In this document: one piece after another, positions 1 to 14,162 of the stretch
Numbering within the stretch: the stretch's first letter is position 1
How the letters are laid out: every line of letters begins with the position of its first letter
NCBI GenBank assembly: GCA_032718475.1
Contig: JAUCBJ010001454.1
Coordinates: forward strand, 1-64,000
Origin: Nemertoderma westbladi
Taxonomy: Eukaryota > Animalia > Xenacoelomorpha
DNA: 64,000 nt
Reading direction: 5' to 3'
Program-made: the position numbers and the translations under genes
Notes under the pieces: generated by a model
What the model was told of the DNA's origin: nothing
Database searches by the model: none
The model's input: the letters and a program-made list of their open reading frames with translations, nothing else

Positions 1-3
1 GTA

Positions 4-1149
4 ACGCAGGAGGAGTAAACGAACAAATGTAATATGTCCTCTACTTAAAGTAATTGAATTGCCGTACTACTGTAATGAGAATTTCAAAGATTTTTGAGTC
101 AAATTTTAATAATATCTCGAAACAGGATATGTCTATAAGGCAGGCCTACATCCTAAATTTGCATAGAGGATAAAACAAGCAGGAAACGAGCTGTATCAAC
201 AAATCAGGGTGATAATATAACAAGTATTATCAAGTCAAGTCAAGTTTGTCAAGTCAAGTGATGTCAAGTCAGTATGTCAAGTCGTATGGCGCCAAGTCAA
301 ACTACTATCAAGTCACGTGATGTCAATCAAGGCATTAATTATGAAGTGATGTCGAGTCCAATGATGTCAAGTCAAGTGTCATAAAACCAAGTGATATCAA
401 GTCAAATAATTTAAATTGTTAAAAAGTGTTGTAAAGTCAAGTGAAGTCATATACCATCATGATAAATGACCATGATGTCTGTCACGGTTTTCTAATTATT
501 GAAATGGCTTCCGTCAATTTGTTTCACCCACTGCATCGTACCCATCTTGTGAAATTCCACCATAAGAGGCAGGCAAAGAATCGCAAGTTTTCTTTGTTTT
601 AGCTTTTCCAAGGCTCGTCATTGTTAAAATTGATTTCTAATATTAAGGGGACCATTATCTGATATTCATGATTCTGTATATAAAACAAGATTTGTTCACA
701 ATTTCTCAATTTTGACATTTTCCACTGTCAATTTTTTTATTTTTGTCCAAAAAGTTTGAGTCTACTCTATATATAGCATCTCTATATATATATATATAGC
801 TGCAAACTCAAAATATTATAAGTAAAAAATGTCAAACTGAAAAATGTTGTGTTTGGTTTGATAATTCTGAAGGTATACGGGTTTTCGATGTCGCTGAACA
901 GGATGACACTAGTTATAAATATTTCTGGTATGTGCATGTGCAAATCCCATTTTGGTGCCATTCAAGTGCCCCAAAACGAAAACTACAAGTAGCACAAAAT
1001 TATAAAGTGTTAAATTTTGACTTTGGTTATAAATATCCACAGTATACTGGTTTTCAAAGTCGCTGATTACTACGATATAACTCGTAAAAAATCATTCGTG
1101 TTAACGCAACTATCATTTTTGCTGCTTGTCCGGTGGGACGGATAAATAC
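4..1149 (+). repeat. Segmental duplication block A, copy 1 (copy 2 at ~6034-7167)
   Basis: Near-identical from acgcaggaggagtaaacgaa to gtgggacggataaatac in both copies; includes a degenerate (gtcaa)n tract at ~229-450. Confidence 0.92.
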
Positions 1150-1344
1150 AAATGGCGTATTTAGTTCGATAATCCTATATTTTTGAGTGTCATATTCGTG
1201 ATCAGCGTCCCAGAAAACCCACAATGTCATAAAATCAGGTTGATTTGATAATCATTTTTGTATTATCCAATTAGTGCTACTTGTATTTTTCATGCCGCAC
1301 ATTGACACGTACATATCCATAAATTCCCTAATCAATAATGTACG

Positions 1345-2259
1345 ATATATTTCAGTGTTATATTCGTGATCAGCATCCCAAAAAACCTATACGGTCATAA
1401 AATCAATTTGATTTAATTAAGGATAAATAAATCTTGTTTGTAATGCAAAACATGATTCACAATCGAAATACGGCCATCGCACAGCACAATCATATAATAT
1501 GTATATGAGATCATCCTCTGTGTTCATCCGTGGGAGTTAGTGTGGAGTCCAGTCCCCCTTGCCTTGTACGTAAATACAAGAAAAGGAAGCAAGTGAAAGA
1601 GTACCCTTAATATTGCCTCCAGTAGTGCTTCATATTCACAGATAAATTTACATTACCCCGAATTATTATGAACCCGAATTTGTGGGGCAAAGGGCCTTCC
1701 TATTTACATCACAAATCAATATCGCCGCAGGCTGGCTTCCCCATCCATTGCATTAGCTACACTACTGTCTGGCCAGCAGACATATATTCGCCTTCAAGCT
1801 CGATATATTGCCTTCTCTAACAATGGCATCGCCGTTCACTCCATGTAAATAATTAAATGTTCTAGAATATTTTATAGACAGCACGAATTCGCTGCCTAAC
1901 TGCAGAGGAGAAATGTTCCTACAACTGGTGTTATAAATTCCATGAGATAATTTTAATCAATATTGATGGTGTCATTTGTTTGATGTTAGCACAACTATTA
2001 CATGTTAGCAGAACTCTAGTCAATGATTTTTGAATGTTCAAGAAGAGGACGCTAAAGGGATACACGATTTTTTTCCCTCACATTTCAGGTATTGCAAAGT
2101 GGCACTTGTGCTAACATTACAAAGAGTACATGGGGACCCGATCAAAACGTCGGACACATGTCCCTGATCAAATGTCAGCTCAACTTGTTACCACTATTTT
2201 TTTGTCACCACAACTGCCATTTTTGATAGCCAAATGTTAGCACAACTGCCAGTTGGATA

Positions 2260-2335
<76 letters not shown>

Positions 2336-4144
2336 GATAGCCGATTGCTAGTTGTGCCGACGCACTATTTGTTCAGAGTTGTGCCCTTTCAGTGGGACTG
2401 ATTATTTGAAAATTGTGGTGACATCAATTCCTGTGCTACCACTAGGGGGTGTGGTGTATAATGTGAGGGTAATGTGAGGGAGTGTGATATTGCTTTTTCG
2501 TCTTTGGTTATTTATTGATATTAAGTTTCTTTGATTGTAGGCACAACTTGGTGTCCGGAAACATCATATATCGTGTATAATTGAGGGGAATAACAAATTG
2601 AATATTTAAGATCGCGATGTTATATTATAGTGCTTTTAATGAAACATCGAATATCACGAATTTTTAATTGTATAAGTTGTTGAACAAATTATATGAATGC
2701 TGAATGGGAAATTATTCTTATTATATTTTTATTATAAGGTGGTCGATAAAGCAATTTCCAGGCTCAATTTCTTTGTAAATGTACGGTCTCAGGAATTCTT
2801 AGCATGCGAGTATTCCTAGCCCGTGGGTATTCTTAGCCTTGCATTCTTAGCCCATGGGTATTCTTAGCCCGCGAAACAATAACGTTTATTGTTTTGGTTC
2901 CCCCAATACTCCTCTGAAACCTGCTCCTTTGCTAACCTGCTCCTTTACTAACTCGCGGGCTAAGAATACTCGCGGGCTAAGAACACTCGCGGGCTAAGAA
3001 TTCACCCAACAAATGTACTTGTTCAGAGCTGTGAATTCTACATTTCTTCTATATTGAATGTACAGCAGCAGGGCATTAGAAATTTGAATCATTGCTTCAC
3101 GAAATAAAAGAAAAGGATTATTGTAATATTTCGTTTTATTCCATATCGTAACATCCAATCTTTTAACACCCTATCTCGTATAATCATGCCTCCCCCATCT
3201 CGTAGCACGTAATGCATTATTGTCAAAAAATTTGCAAAATAAACTTGGTCTCTAATCCGATCTATAGACTCTTGGGTGTCCACAACGGTATTAGTACATA
3301 GAACAACAGATTGGCAATAATAATTTGCTACAAGCGTGCAATAATAAATACAAAAGGGTGAGTACAAAACAAATACACAAGACCCAAAAACTTAAGACCT
3401 GTACGAAACACATGTGATAACTTTCGTTTATTGTTTTGGTTCCCCCAACTATGACTATGTAACCTGCTCCTTTACTAACCTGCTCCTTTAAATGCCAATG
3501 AGACCTAACGCTCTTTGGGACCTAACGCTACTTTACCTCTTAGTTTTGTACGTCCTTGGTCTTCGTTTTGTACTGACCCAGATACAAGAGCAGAAAACCA
3601 GCTATATCGTCCTGCTACAACGTTACTAACTTCAGCAACTGTATCATAGACCTATTTGCCTTTAACACTTTGCGTACCAACACGGTACGAGTTCATCACA
3701 CGTATTGTCACGACACGTACTCGTGTTCATAATTCATGATAATGCTCATAATGCCGCCTTTAAATACTGTAATTATAACTTAACCCCCATGGCAGCAAAG
3801 TGCCACCTTTACATATTATATAATATTATCCTGATCCCCAGGGTAGCAGTGTTTCGCCTTTATATAATTATAACCTAACCCTCATGGCGGCAGAGTGCCG
3901 CCTTTACATATATTATCCTGACTCCCAGGGCGACAGGGTGCCGCCTCTATTTAAAACCTCTTATAACTTTCTTATAACTATTGGGGCGGATAAATGGAGT
4001 TCATATTCGTGTTGTGCAGGAAAAACTGGTCTAGAAAAATTAATTTATTGCTTGAAGGGATTCCTGTTGGTTTGATTAATTTTAAATTACATAGTTTATG
4101 CAAATTAATTTCAATTTAGCCAATAATTATGTTACAAATAATTA
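1345..4144 (+). repeat. Segmental duplication block B, copy 1 (copy 2 at ~10636-16454, interrupted by an LTR element)
   Basis: Colinear high identity including the (CT)n tract and the 92-aa ORF repeated at 3089 and 12296; empty insertion site ccccagGGTAGcagt at 3842-3846. Left boundary approximate. Confidence 0.9.
2262..2334. repeat. (CT)n microsatellite (longer paralogous tract at ~11559-11664)
   Basis: Pure dinucleotide run. Confidence 0.97.
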
Positions 4145-5529
4145 AGGCTGCAGTGTGCCCCCCGGGGTTCAAATGAAAGATTTATAAATTTCGAAAATGG
4201 TTAAAGGCGGCAGTGTGCCGCCTTTGAGGGTAGGATAAGTAATAATATGGTTATCCTCTTTATATATAACAACAAAATAAACCTTGGTACGATCAAATAT
4301 ACTTTCTTGGAAGTAAAAATTTGCGTAATTTATCTTTGGTACACAAAGGGCTACACTTATTTTCTTAAAATTTAATAATAGTTTGAGTAGGTTCTCGAGA
4401 ATTTCCTTGCCATATTCGTAAACATGACGATTGTAATGTTGTGATAGACATAAGAGCATATTGCTTAAAATATATTAATTATAATATAAATATAATTTGC
4501 TATACAAATTTCTGGCTGCTTATATTGCATGCATATAGTCCTGCAAAATCAAATCAAGTCTCACACTGTTCATATAGGAATAAGCAATCAAAGTGTAATC
4601 TATGTACCCCTTTCGATATCGCTTAATGCACTGATTCTTAATAATAATATACAATTATTTCTTATATTTAATAAACTGTAATTTTATTAGGAAGAACTTT
4701 CACCTTTCTGTAATATAGTATACTTCTAAGAATACACCTCGTTAGTAATAATAATGTTATAATTTTAATTAGATTGTTTACTCGGGTAAATGGGTGGCTT
4801 TTAATATAAATGCTATTTAATTATTTATTTAATACTAAATATTATTACCTTTAACAAAGGATGTTACCCAATACATGAAAACAATTTGTTTGCTCCAATC
4901 ATGTCTCGACACACCGGCACTATTAATGGTATAGTACCCTATTAATTAAAAGTATAAAGAGACAAACATTTACTGATAATTAATAGGTAGAGAACTATAG
5001 AGAAACCCCCCACACAGCACAAATATCAGTTAAAAATTATAAAATAGAGTTAAGTACAGAAGAGGCGATGTAGATTAATTAGCTAGTTGCTGCATATGAC
5101 GTTCCTATCCTGTCTGGCCTTATGGCAGCCCAGCACCATCTTCCAGTCCAAGCCCACTTCTCCATTTGATGCGTGACTCACGAACGCAATGGGATGCGCC
5201 TCGGATAAGGGCAAACTGGACTCGTGTCCTACTCTTACTGTCTTACTCGGGTAAATTGGTTAGCGCAAATTTGCGGGATTTCCGGCATCGGGACCGGGAT
5301 TATCACTCTCGGGATCCCGTCTGCGTAAAACTTAACTATAAATAAACTTCAATAAACACTATATTACGTAACTAACGGTCAACAGTCAAATTATTCATAA
5401 ACCACAATATTACTTACAAAATAATAAACTATCTTAATTCAATTTAATACGATGCAGAGAGGTTCCAACCACGAAGACTATAACAGTCTACAGTACGAAA
5501 CCAAGACTTCTCCATTTGGCTGAATATAT

Positions 5530-5890
5530 ATACCTTGCCTGTTTTGGCACGTATATAAATATACCTTGCCTGTTTTGGCAAGTATGTAAGTATGCCTTGC
5601 CTGTTTTGGCAAGTATATAAATATACCTTGCCTGTTTTGGCAAGTATATAAATACACCTTGCCTGTTTTTGCTAGTATATATATATACCTTGCCTGTTTT
5701 GGCAAGTATGTAAATGTGCCTTGCCTGTTTTGGCAAGTATATAAATACACCTTGCCTGTTTTGGCAAGTATATAAATACACCTTGCCTGTTTTGGCAAGT
5801 ATATAAATACACCTTGCCTGTTTTGGCAAGTATATAAATACACCTTGCCTGTTTTGGCAAGTATTTAAATATGTATTGCCTGTTCTGGTA
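5530..5890. repeat. 31-bp minisatellite, ~11 copies
   Basis: Unit ccttgcctgttttggcaagtatataaataca with internal cttgcc/ggcaag inverted repeat; explains the repetitive ORFs at 5478-5949. Confidence 0.95.
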
Positions 5891-6033
5891 AGTATTTGAA
5901 TTTGATAGAGTATATTATAAATATGATGGAAACTTCCTGTAAGTTTCACGTGTAAGACAAATGTTGAATAAATTATAAAACAAAATATTATTTTATATGG
6001 CCTTTTCCCTGGAGCAAAGAGTAAAGGAGGAGG

Positions 6034-7167
6034 ACGCAGGAGGAGTAAACGAAATGTAATATGTCCTCTACTTAAAGTAATTGAATTGCCGTACTACTGT
6101 AATGAGAATTTCAAAGATTTTTGAGTCAAATTTTAATAATATCTCGAAACAGGAAATGTCTACAAGGTAGGCCTACATCCTAAATTTGCATAGAGGATAA
6201 AACAAGCAGGAAACGAGCTGTATCAACAAATCAGGCTGATAATATAACAAGTATTATCAAGTCAAGTCAAGTTTGTCAAGTCAAGTGATGTCAAGTCAGT
6301 ATGTCAAGTCGTATGGCGCCAAGTCAAACTACTATCAAGTCACGTGATGTCAATCAAGGCATTAATTATGAAGTGATGTCGAGTCCAATGATGTCAAGTC
6401 AAGTGTCATAAAACCAAGTGATATCAAGTCAAATAATTTAAATTGATAAAAAGTGTTGTAAAGTCAAGTGAAGTCATATACCATCATGATAAATGACCAT
6501 GATGTCTGTCACGGTTTTCTAATTATTGAAATGGCTTCCGTCAATTTGTTTCACCCACTGCATCGTACCCATCTTGTGAAATTCCACCATAAGAGGCAGG
6601 CAAAGAATCGCAAGTTTTCTTTGTTTTAGCTTTTCCAAGGCTCGTCATTGTTAAAATTGATTTCTAATATTAAGGGGACCATTATCTGATATTCATGATT
6701 CTGTATATAAAACAAGATTTTTCACAATTTTGACATTTTCCACTGTCAATTTTTTTATTTTTGTCCAAAAAGTTTGAGTCTACTCTATACAGTATAGCAT
6801 CTCTATATATATATATATATAGCTGCAAACTCAAAATATTATAAGTAAATAATGTCAAACTGAAAAATGTTGTGTTTGGTTTGATAATTCTGAAGGTATA
6901 CGGGTTTTCGATGTCGCTGAACAGGATGACACTAGTTATAAATATTTCTGGTATGTGCATGTGCAAATCCCATTTTGGTGCCATTCAAGTGCACCAAAAC
7001 GAAAACTACAAGTAGCACAAAATTATAAAGTGTTAAATTTTGACTTTGGTTATAAATATCTATACTGGTTTTCAAAGTCGCTGATTACTACGATATAACT
7101 CGTAAAAAATCATTCGTGCTAACGCAACTATCATTTTTGCTGCTTGTCTGGTGGGACGGATAAATAC
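6034..7167 (+). repeat. Segmental duplication block A, copy 2
   Basis: Matches 4-1149 with few indels. Confidence 0.92.
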
Positions 7168-7316
7168 GGATACTAGAAATATCCCAGGTATGGAAAGTAT
7201 TAATTGCTATTGCTAAAGGTAAAATAGGAGTCCATAAGGGAAAAACATTTTCCGATGAGAACAAGAGTTCGTGCTCTTCTTTTTAATTTATAGAATTACT
7301 ATTTATTATATTTTAG

Positions 7317-7349
7317 GTGGTAGCAGCAGCGGGGGACTGATACCTCCAG
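7317..7349 (+). CDS. Candidate 33-nt phase-1/phase-1 micro-exon (GGSSSGGLIPP)
   Basis: GC-rich island bounded by tattttAG and GTaaat; length is a multiple of 3 and the frame is open. No expression evidence. Confidence 0.35.
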
Positions 7350-7539
7350 GTAAATTATAAATATCACGCGTAATTATATCCGTAGCTGTTCCCATAGTTG
7401 GTAGGTGCTAAAATGCGCAACGAGCAACAATGACCAACAGCGAGCAACAATGAGCAACAATGAGCAGCAATGAGCAATAACAAGCAATAATAAAGTACAA
7501 GAACGAGCAACAATGAGCAACGTAATGCAATGTAATGAT

Positions 7540-9998
7540 ATAATGAGTTAAGTGCCGTTACAGTCCGTTGGAATATCGTTATATAGCCAGTAGGAAAGTC
7601 GTTATATAATGAGTTAAGTGCCGTTATATAGTCCGTTGGAATATCGTTATATAGCCAGTAGGAAAGTCGTTATATAATGAGTTAAGTGCCGTTATATAGT
7701 CCGTTGGAATATCGTTATATAGCCAGTAGGAAAGTCGTTATATAATGAGTTAAGTGCCGTTATATAGTCCGTTGGAATATCGTTATATAGCCAGTAGGAA
7801 AGTCGTTATATAATGAGTTAAGTGCCGTTATATAGTCCGTTGGAATATCGTTATATAGCCAGTAGGAAAGTCGTTATATTATGAGTTAAGTGCCGTTATA
7901 TAGTCCGTTGGGATATCGTTATATAGCCAGTAGGAAAGTCGTTATATAATGAGTTAAGTGCCGTTATATAGTCCGTTGGAATATCGTTATATAGCCAGTA
8001 GGAAAGTCGTTATATAATGAGTTAAGTAGTGCTGCGAACTGAAAGAAAATTTGACTTGTTTCGGTTTCAGTTCCAGTTTTAGTTTTAATAAACACGTTTA
8101 TTTCAGTTCAAGTTTCAGTTCCAGTTCCCAAAAAATAATAATTTCAGTTTTAGTTCTTGTTTCAGTTCTAATAAACCTATTTATTTCAGTTCCAGTTTAA
8201 GTTCAAGTTCCCAAAAATATGTAGTTTCAGTTCTATGTTCAGAAAATTTTGCAAGTGTCTTGTTTACATACTGGTACATAACAATCTGCCGTGGCCAATC
8301 GTGTGGTACCCTACCCACCGCACACCGATGGATCCGACTGCCATTTATTACATTTTTAATGAAATCAACCGGAATTTTTTGCTGCAAAAAGGTAATTGTT
8401 AGGTTGACAATTAACGTATTACTTTAAAATAAAATATATATTTGAGTAATTCAATTCCGAAAGGTGCTAAAATAGGTACCAGGAACTCCCCATCTCGAAA
8501 ACTACTGGAGCTATTACAATTTTTATTTGCATCATCTGAAAGAGGACATAATTTAGTTAGGGCCAAATACTTTCGACGAGCTAGACCTATTGTTTTATAG
8601 ATTCTAACTAAGATAGGCCTATTTAACAGGCCCACTAAATTTATGAACTTTGCAGTGATTTGGCTGTTCGTTTCTATACAGTAGTAGTAGGTCTTGCAAC
8701 ACAATAAAGCAAATTACATTTATTTATTAAAGATTGAAATAGTATTTATGAACACTAAAAACGCGAATTTTAAATTTGTTCTTATTCCCAATTTATAGAT
8801 CATACTTTCAGTTTTAAATTTCTGGCAATTCAGTTCTAGTTCCAGTTCCAGTATTCCAAGATAACAAGTTTCAGTTCTAGTTTCAGTTTCAGTTTTAAAA
8901 AAATGAATGTTTCAGTTCTAGTTTCAGTTCCAGTTCACTAAAATTGCCAAAAACAATTTCAGTTCGATTTCAGTTCCAGTTCAATTTCAGTTTCAGTTCG
9001 CAGCACTAGAGTTAAGTGCCGTTATATAGTCCGTTGAAATATCGTTATATAGCCAGTAAGGAAAGTCGTTATATAATGAGTTAAGTGCCGTTATATAGCC
9101 CGTTGGAATATCGTTATATAGCCAGTAGGAAAGTCGTTATATAATGAGTTAAGTGCCGTTATATAGTCCGTTGGAATATCGTTATATAGCCAGTAGGAAA
9201 GTCGTTATATAATGAGTTAAGTGCCGTTATATAGTCCGTTGGAATATCGTTATATAGCCAGTAGGAAAGTCGTTATATAATGAGTTAAGTGCCGTTATAT
9301 AGCCCGTTGGAATATCGTTATATAGCCAGTAGGAAAGTCGTTATATAATGAGTTAAGTGCCGTTATATAGTCCGTTGGAATATCGTTATATAGCCAGTAG
9401 GAAAGTCGTTATATAATGAGTTAAGTGCCGTTATATAGTCCGTTGGAATATCGTTATATAGCCAGTAGGAAAGTCGTTATATAATGAGTTAAGTTCCGTT
9501 ATATAGTCCGTTGGAATATCGTTATATAGCCAGTAGGAAAGTCGTTATATAATGAGTTAAGTGCCGTTATATAGTCCGTTGGAATATCGTTATATAGCCA
9601 GTAGGAAAGTCGTTATATAATGAGTTAAGTGCCGTTATATAGTCCGTTGGAATATCGTTATATAGCCAGTAGGAAAGTCGTTTTATAATGAGTTACGTGC
9701 CGTTATATAGTCCGTTGGAATATCGTTATATAGCCAGTAGGAAAGTCGTTATATAATGAGTTAAGTGCCGTTATATAGTCCGTTGGAATATCGTTATATA
9801 GCCAGTAGGAAAGTCGTTATATAATGAGTTAAGTGCCGTTATATAGTCCGTTGGAATATCGTTATATAGCCAGTAGGAAAGTCGTTATATAATGAGTTAA
9901 ATGCCGTTATATAGTCCGTTGGAATATCGTTATATAGCCAGTAGAAAAGTCGTTATATAATGAGTTAAGTGCCGTTATATAGTCCATTGGAAAATCGT
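7540..9998. repeat. 68-bp tandem satellite (~21 copies), split by a MITE
   Basis: Unit aatgagttaagtgccgttatatagtccgttggaatatcgttatatagccagtaggaaagtcgttatat; near-identical copies. Confidence 0.97.
8027..9008. mobile_element. Non-autonomous hAT-type MITE, 982 bp
   Basis: TIRs tagtgctgcgaactgaaa / tttcagttcgcagcacta; 8-bp TSD gagttaag (8019-8026, 9009-9016); many subterminal tttcagtt repeats; no transposase. Confidence 0.9.
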
Positions 9999-11559
9999 GT
10001 TTCATATTAATTGGATCACAAGGGCGTTTATTTTTGGTAAAATAGTTGCCTGTCAGATTATTTTTGAGTATAATGGTACAGTAATAACAATAATATATTA
10101 CTAACTACAACACTGTAACAATTAGATGTTGAGAGTCTAGTACAACTGGGCCCGGATATTTCCATTCATATAGTGCAACCCTTGTCTTTCTGTTTTGAAA
10201 CACTTTTTTTAACTTGTTTTTCAGTAATCGAGAATATATAATTAGTTAAAATTGTAATTAAATATTTCTTATATATTCGGCGAACTCCTGATAAGTGTGT
10301 GGGTGGAGTATACGGGTTTTCGATGTCGCTGATCACGATGAAACTAGTTACAAATATTTCTGATAAAGCAAACCCATTTTTCGTGCCATTCTGGTGCCCC
10401 AGAACGAAAAGTACAAATAGCACAAAATTATAAACTGTTAAATTTTGCCTTGGGTTTGGTAATTCTGAAGCTGTACCGATTTTCAAGGTCGCTGATCACG
10501 ATACAACTCGTTAAAAATAATTTGTGGTAACGCAACAATCATTTTTGGTGCTTGTCTGGTGGGACGAAAAATACAAGTTAGCGTAAAATTTTAAACGCCA
10601 AAATTCGATTTTTTCGAAATTTTGGTTGGATAATAACGATATTTTTGAGTGTCATGTTCGTGATCAGCATCCCATAAAACCTATATGGTCATCAAATTAT
10701 TTGGTTTTATTAAGGATTAATAAATCTTGTTTGTAATGCAAAAAATTGATTCAAAATCGAAATACGGCCCTCGCACAGCACAATATATAATATGTATATA
10801 AGATCATCCACTGTGTTCATCCGTGGGAGTTAGTGTGGAGTCCAGTCCCCCTTGCCTTGTACGTAAAAACAAGAGAAGGAAGCAAGTGAAAGAGTACCCT
10901 TAATATTGCCTCCAGTAGTGTTTCATATTCACAGATAAATTTACATTACCCCGAATTATTATGAACCCGAATTTGTGGGGCAAGGGAAGGGGCCTTCCTA
11001 TTTACATCACAAATCAATATCGCCGTAGTCGGCTGCCCCATCCATTGCATTAGCTACACTACTGTCTGGCCAGCAGACATATATTCGCCTTCAAGCTCGA
11101 TATATTGCCTTCTCTAACAATGGCATCGCCGTTCACTCCATGTAAATAATTAAATGTTCTAGAATATTTTATAGACAGCACGAATTCGCTGCCTAACTGC
11201 AGAGGAGAAATGTTCCTACAACTGGTGTTATAAATTCCATGAGATAATTTTAATCAATATTGATGGTGTCATTTGTTTGATGTTAGCACAACTATTACAT
11301 GTTAGCAGAACTCTAGTCAATGATTTTTGAATGTTCAAGAAGAGGACGCTAAAGGGATACACGATTTTTTTCCCTCACATTTCAGGTATTGCAAAGTGGC
11401 ACTTGTGCTAACATTACAAAGAGTACATGGGGACCCGATCAAAACGTCAGACACATGTCCCTGATCAAATGTCAGCTCAACTTGTTACCACTATTTTTTT
11501 GTCACCACAACTGCCATTTTTGATAGCCAAATGTTAGCACAACTGCCAGTTGGATATTC

Positions 11560-11665
<106 letters not shown>

Positions 11666-13424
11666 GATAGCCGATTGCTAGTTGTGCCGACGCACTATTT
11701 GTTCAGAGTTGTGCCCTTTCAGTGGGACTGATTATTTGAAAATTGTGGTGACATCAATTCCTGTGCTACCACTAGGGGGTGTGGTGTATAATGTGAGGGT
11801 AATGTGAGGGAGTGTGATATTGCTTTTTCGTCTTTGGTTATTTATTGATATTAAGTTTCTTTGATTGTAGGCACAACTTGGTGTCCGGAAACATCATATA
11901 TCGTGTATAATTGAGGGGAATAACAAATTGAATATTTAAGATCGCGATGTTATATTATAGTGCTTTTAATGAAACATCGAATATCACTAATTTTTAATTG
12001 TATAAGTTGTTGAACAAATTATATGAATGATGAATGGGAAATTATTTTTATTATATTTTTATTATAAGGTGGTCGATAAAGCAATTTCCAGGCTCAATTT
12101 CTTTGTAAATGTACGGTCTCAGGAATTCTTAGCATGCGAGTATTCCTAGCCAGTGGGTATTCTTAGCCTGCGAAACAATAACGTTTATTGTTTTGGTTCC
12201 CCCAATACTCCTCTGAAACCTGCTCCTTTGCTAACCTGCTCCTTTACTAACTCGCAATTTGAATCGCGAGATTTGAATCGATCGCGAAATTTGAATCATT
12301 GCTTCACGAAATAGAAGAAAAGGATTATTGTAATATTTCGTTTTATTCCATATCGTAACATCCAATCTTTTAACACCCTATCTCGTATAATCATGCCTCC
12401 CCCATCTCGTAGCACGTAATGCATTATTGTCAAAAAATTTGCAAAATAAACTTGGTCTCTAATCCGATCTATAGACTCTTGGGTGTCCACAACGGTATTA
12501 GTACATAGAACAACAGATTGGCAATAATAATTTGCTACAAGCGTGCAATAATAAATACAAAAGGGTGAGTACAAAACAAATACACAAGACCCAAAAACTT
12601 AAGACCTGTACGAAACACATGTGATAACTTTCGTTTATTGTTTTGGTTCCCCCAACTATGACTATGTAACCTGCTCCTTTACTAACCTGCTCCTTTAAAT
12701 GCCAATGAGACCTAACGCTCTTTGGGACCTAACGCTACTTTACCTCTTAGTTTTGTAAGTCCTTGGTCTTCGTTTTGTACTGACCCAGATACAAGAGCAG
12801 AAAACCAGCTATATCGTCCTGCTACAACGTCATTAACTTCAGCAACTGTATCATAGACCTATTTGCCTTTAACACTTTGCGTACCAACACGGTACGAGTT
12901 CATCACACGTATTGTCACGACACGTACTCGTGTTCATAAATCATGAAAATGCTCATAATGCCGCCTTTAAATACTGTAATTATAACTTAACCCCCATGGC
13001 AGCAAAGTGCCACCTTTACATATATATAATATTATCCTGATCCCCAGGGTAGTGTATTGATATTATTATTGTATTGATATTCCTTAGCTACGTACTCTAG
13101 ATCCGTTACTAGGCAACGGCCAATCAGCGATGGGCAGATTGCATGGGATATCGGGTGATGGGATTTCACAGTAGGTAGGATATATTATTCATGGATTGAT
13201 ATAGGATACTGGAGCTGTCATCCTGGACGGCTACAGACCGACAGCTCTGTACTGCACAGTATACTGCCACCGGTATGTCGGCCAGCAGTACCATCAGTCT
13301 ATCAGCACGTATTGAAATAATATAATACGACTTTGCGGCACTATATTATTTCTCACTCTTACTCGTATATCGGTATGCTTACGATATCATTATATGGCGC
13401 AGTGATCTATTTATGAACTGAACT

Positions 13425-14162
13425 ATGCCTCCTAAACGCGGTGCTAAAAATTTAGCCGCTGCAGGCAAAGACGATAACGCGGGTTCATCAGACTCGGATA
13501 ATGTCGATCCAGCGGATCGGTACAACATCCGAGATATGCGACGCGAACTGAATCAGCAACGAGCACACGCGGATGACAGACTCGATCAACTGACCCAGTT
13601 GATGTTGAAGGCGCAGGTCGACGCCGACGCACGTTTGGCACAGCACCAGGCTGACGCCCTCCAACAACGAGCCGACTCCGATGCTCGGATGATGCAACTA
13701 ATTGCTGCCCTCCAGGGCCAACAAGGTGCGGGACCCGGTGCTGCCGCTGCACCTCCCGCCGCCGCCGTGGGACACCCAGCTCCCGCGCAACCCCAACCTC
13801 GACGTCGCGTGATAGATATATCCGGGCTAGAGAAGATCGATGGCGACATCGAATTCACTCCGTTCCGTCGCTGGAGAGAGACCTGGCGCGTCCACGCGCA
13901 CCGCCAACAGGCCTCCACCTTCCCCCGAGATGAACAGGTCTACGCCCTCGTTTCCGCTCTCGGACGCGACCTCCAGCGAATGTTGACAGTGACTCTCCAT
14001 GTCAACATCGATGCACCGGAGACGACGACGGACTCCATCCTCGACGATCTCCAGGCCCACCTCCGGTCGAAGAGAAGCATCGCCATCGACGGGATCCGGT
14101 TCCACGACCGGAGGCAGGGAGCCAACGAATCCTTCGACACCTTCCACACTTCACCCTTATAG
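13425..14162 (+). CDS. gag: Truncated Gag of the Gypsy element
   Basis: Starts 30 bp after the 5' LTR; capsid-like segment FRRWRETW...FHDRRQGANESFDTF; no zinc knuckle, ends just after the deletion junction. Confidence 0.8.
   Translation: MPPKRGAKNLAAAGKDDNAGSSDSDNVDPADRYNIRDMRRELNQQRAHADDRLDQLTQLMLKAQVDADARLAQHQADALQQRADSDARMMQLIAALQGQQGAGPGAAAAPPAAAVGHPAPAQPQPRRRVIDISGLEKIDGDIEFTPFRRWRETWRVHAHRQQASTFPRDEQVYALVSALGRDLQRMLTVTLHVNIDAPETTTDSILDDLQAHLRSKRSIAIDGIRFHDRRQGANESFDTFHTSPL

Noticed and set aside
3089-3367. 92-aa ORF conserved at 12296-12574
   Set aside because: Identity is explained by recent duplication; non-ATG start and no motif.
5478-5949. Repetitive ORFs in three frames
   Set aside because: Translation of the 31-bp minisatellite.
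7540-9998. CRISPR-like periodicity
   Set aside because: Units are identical throughout, with no variable spacers or cas genes, in a eukaryotic context.
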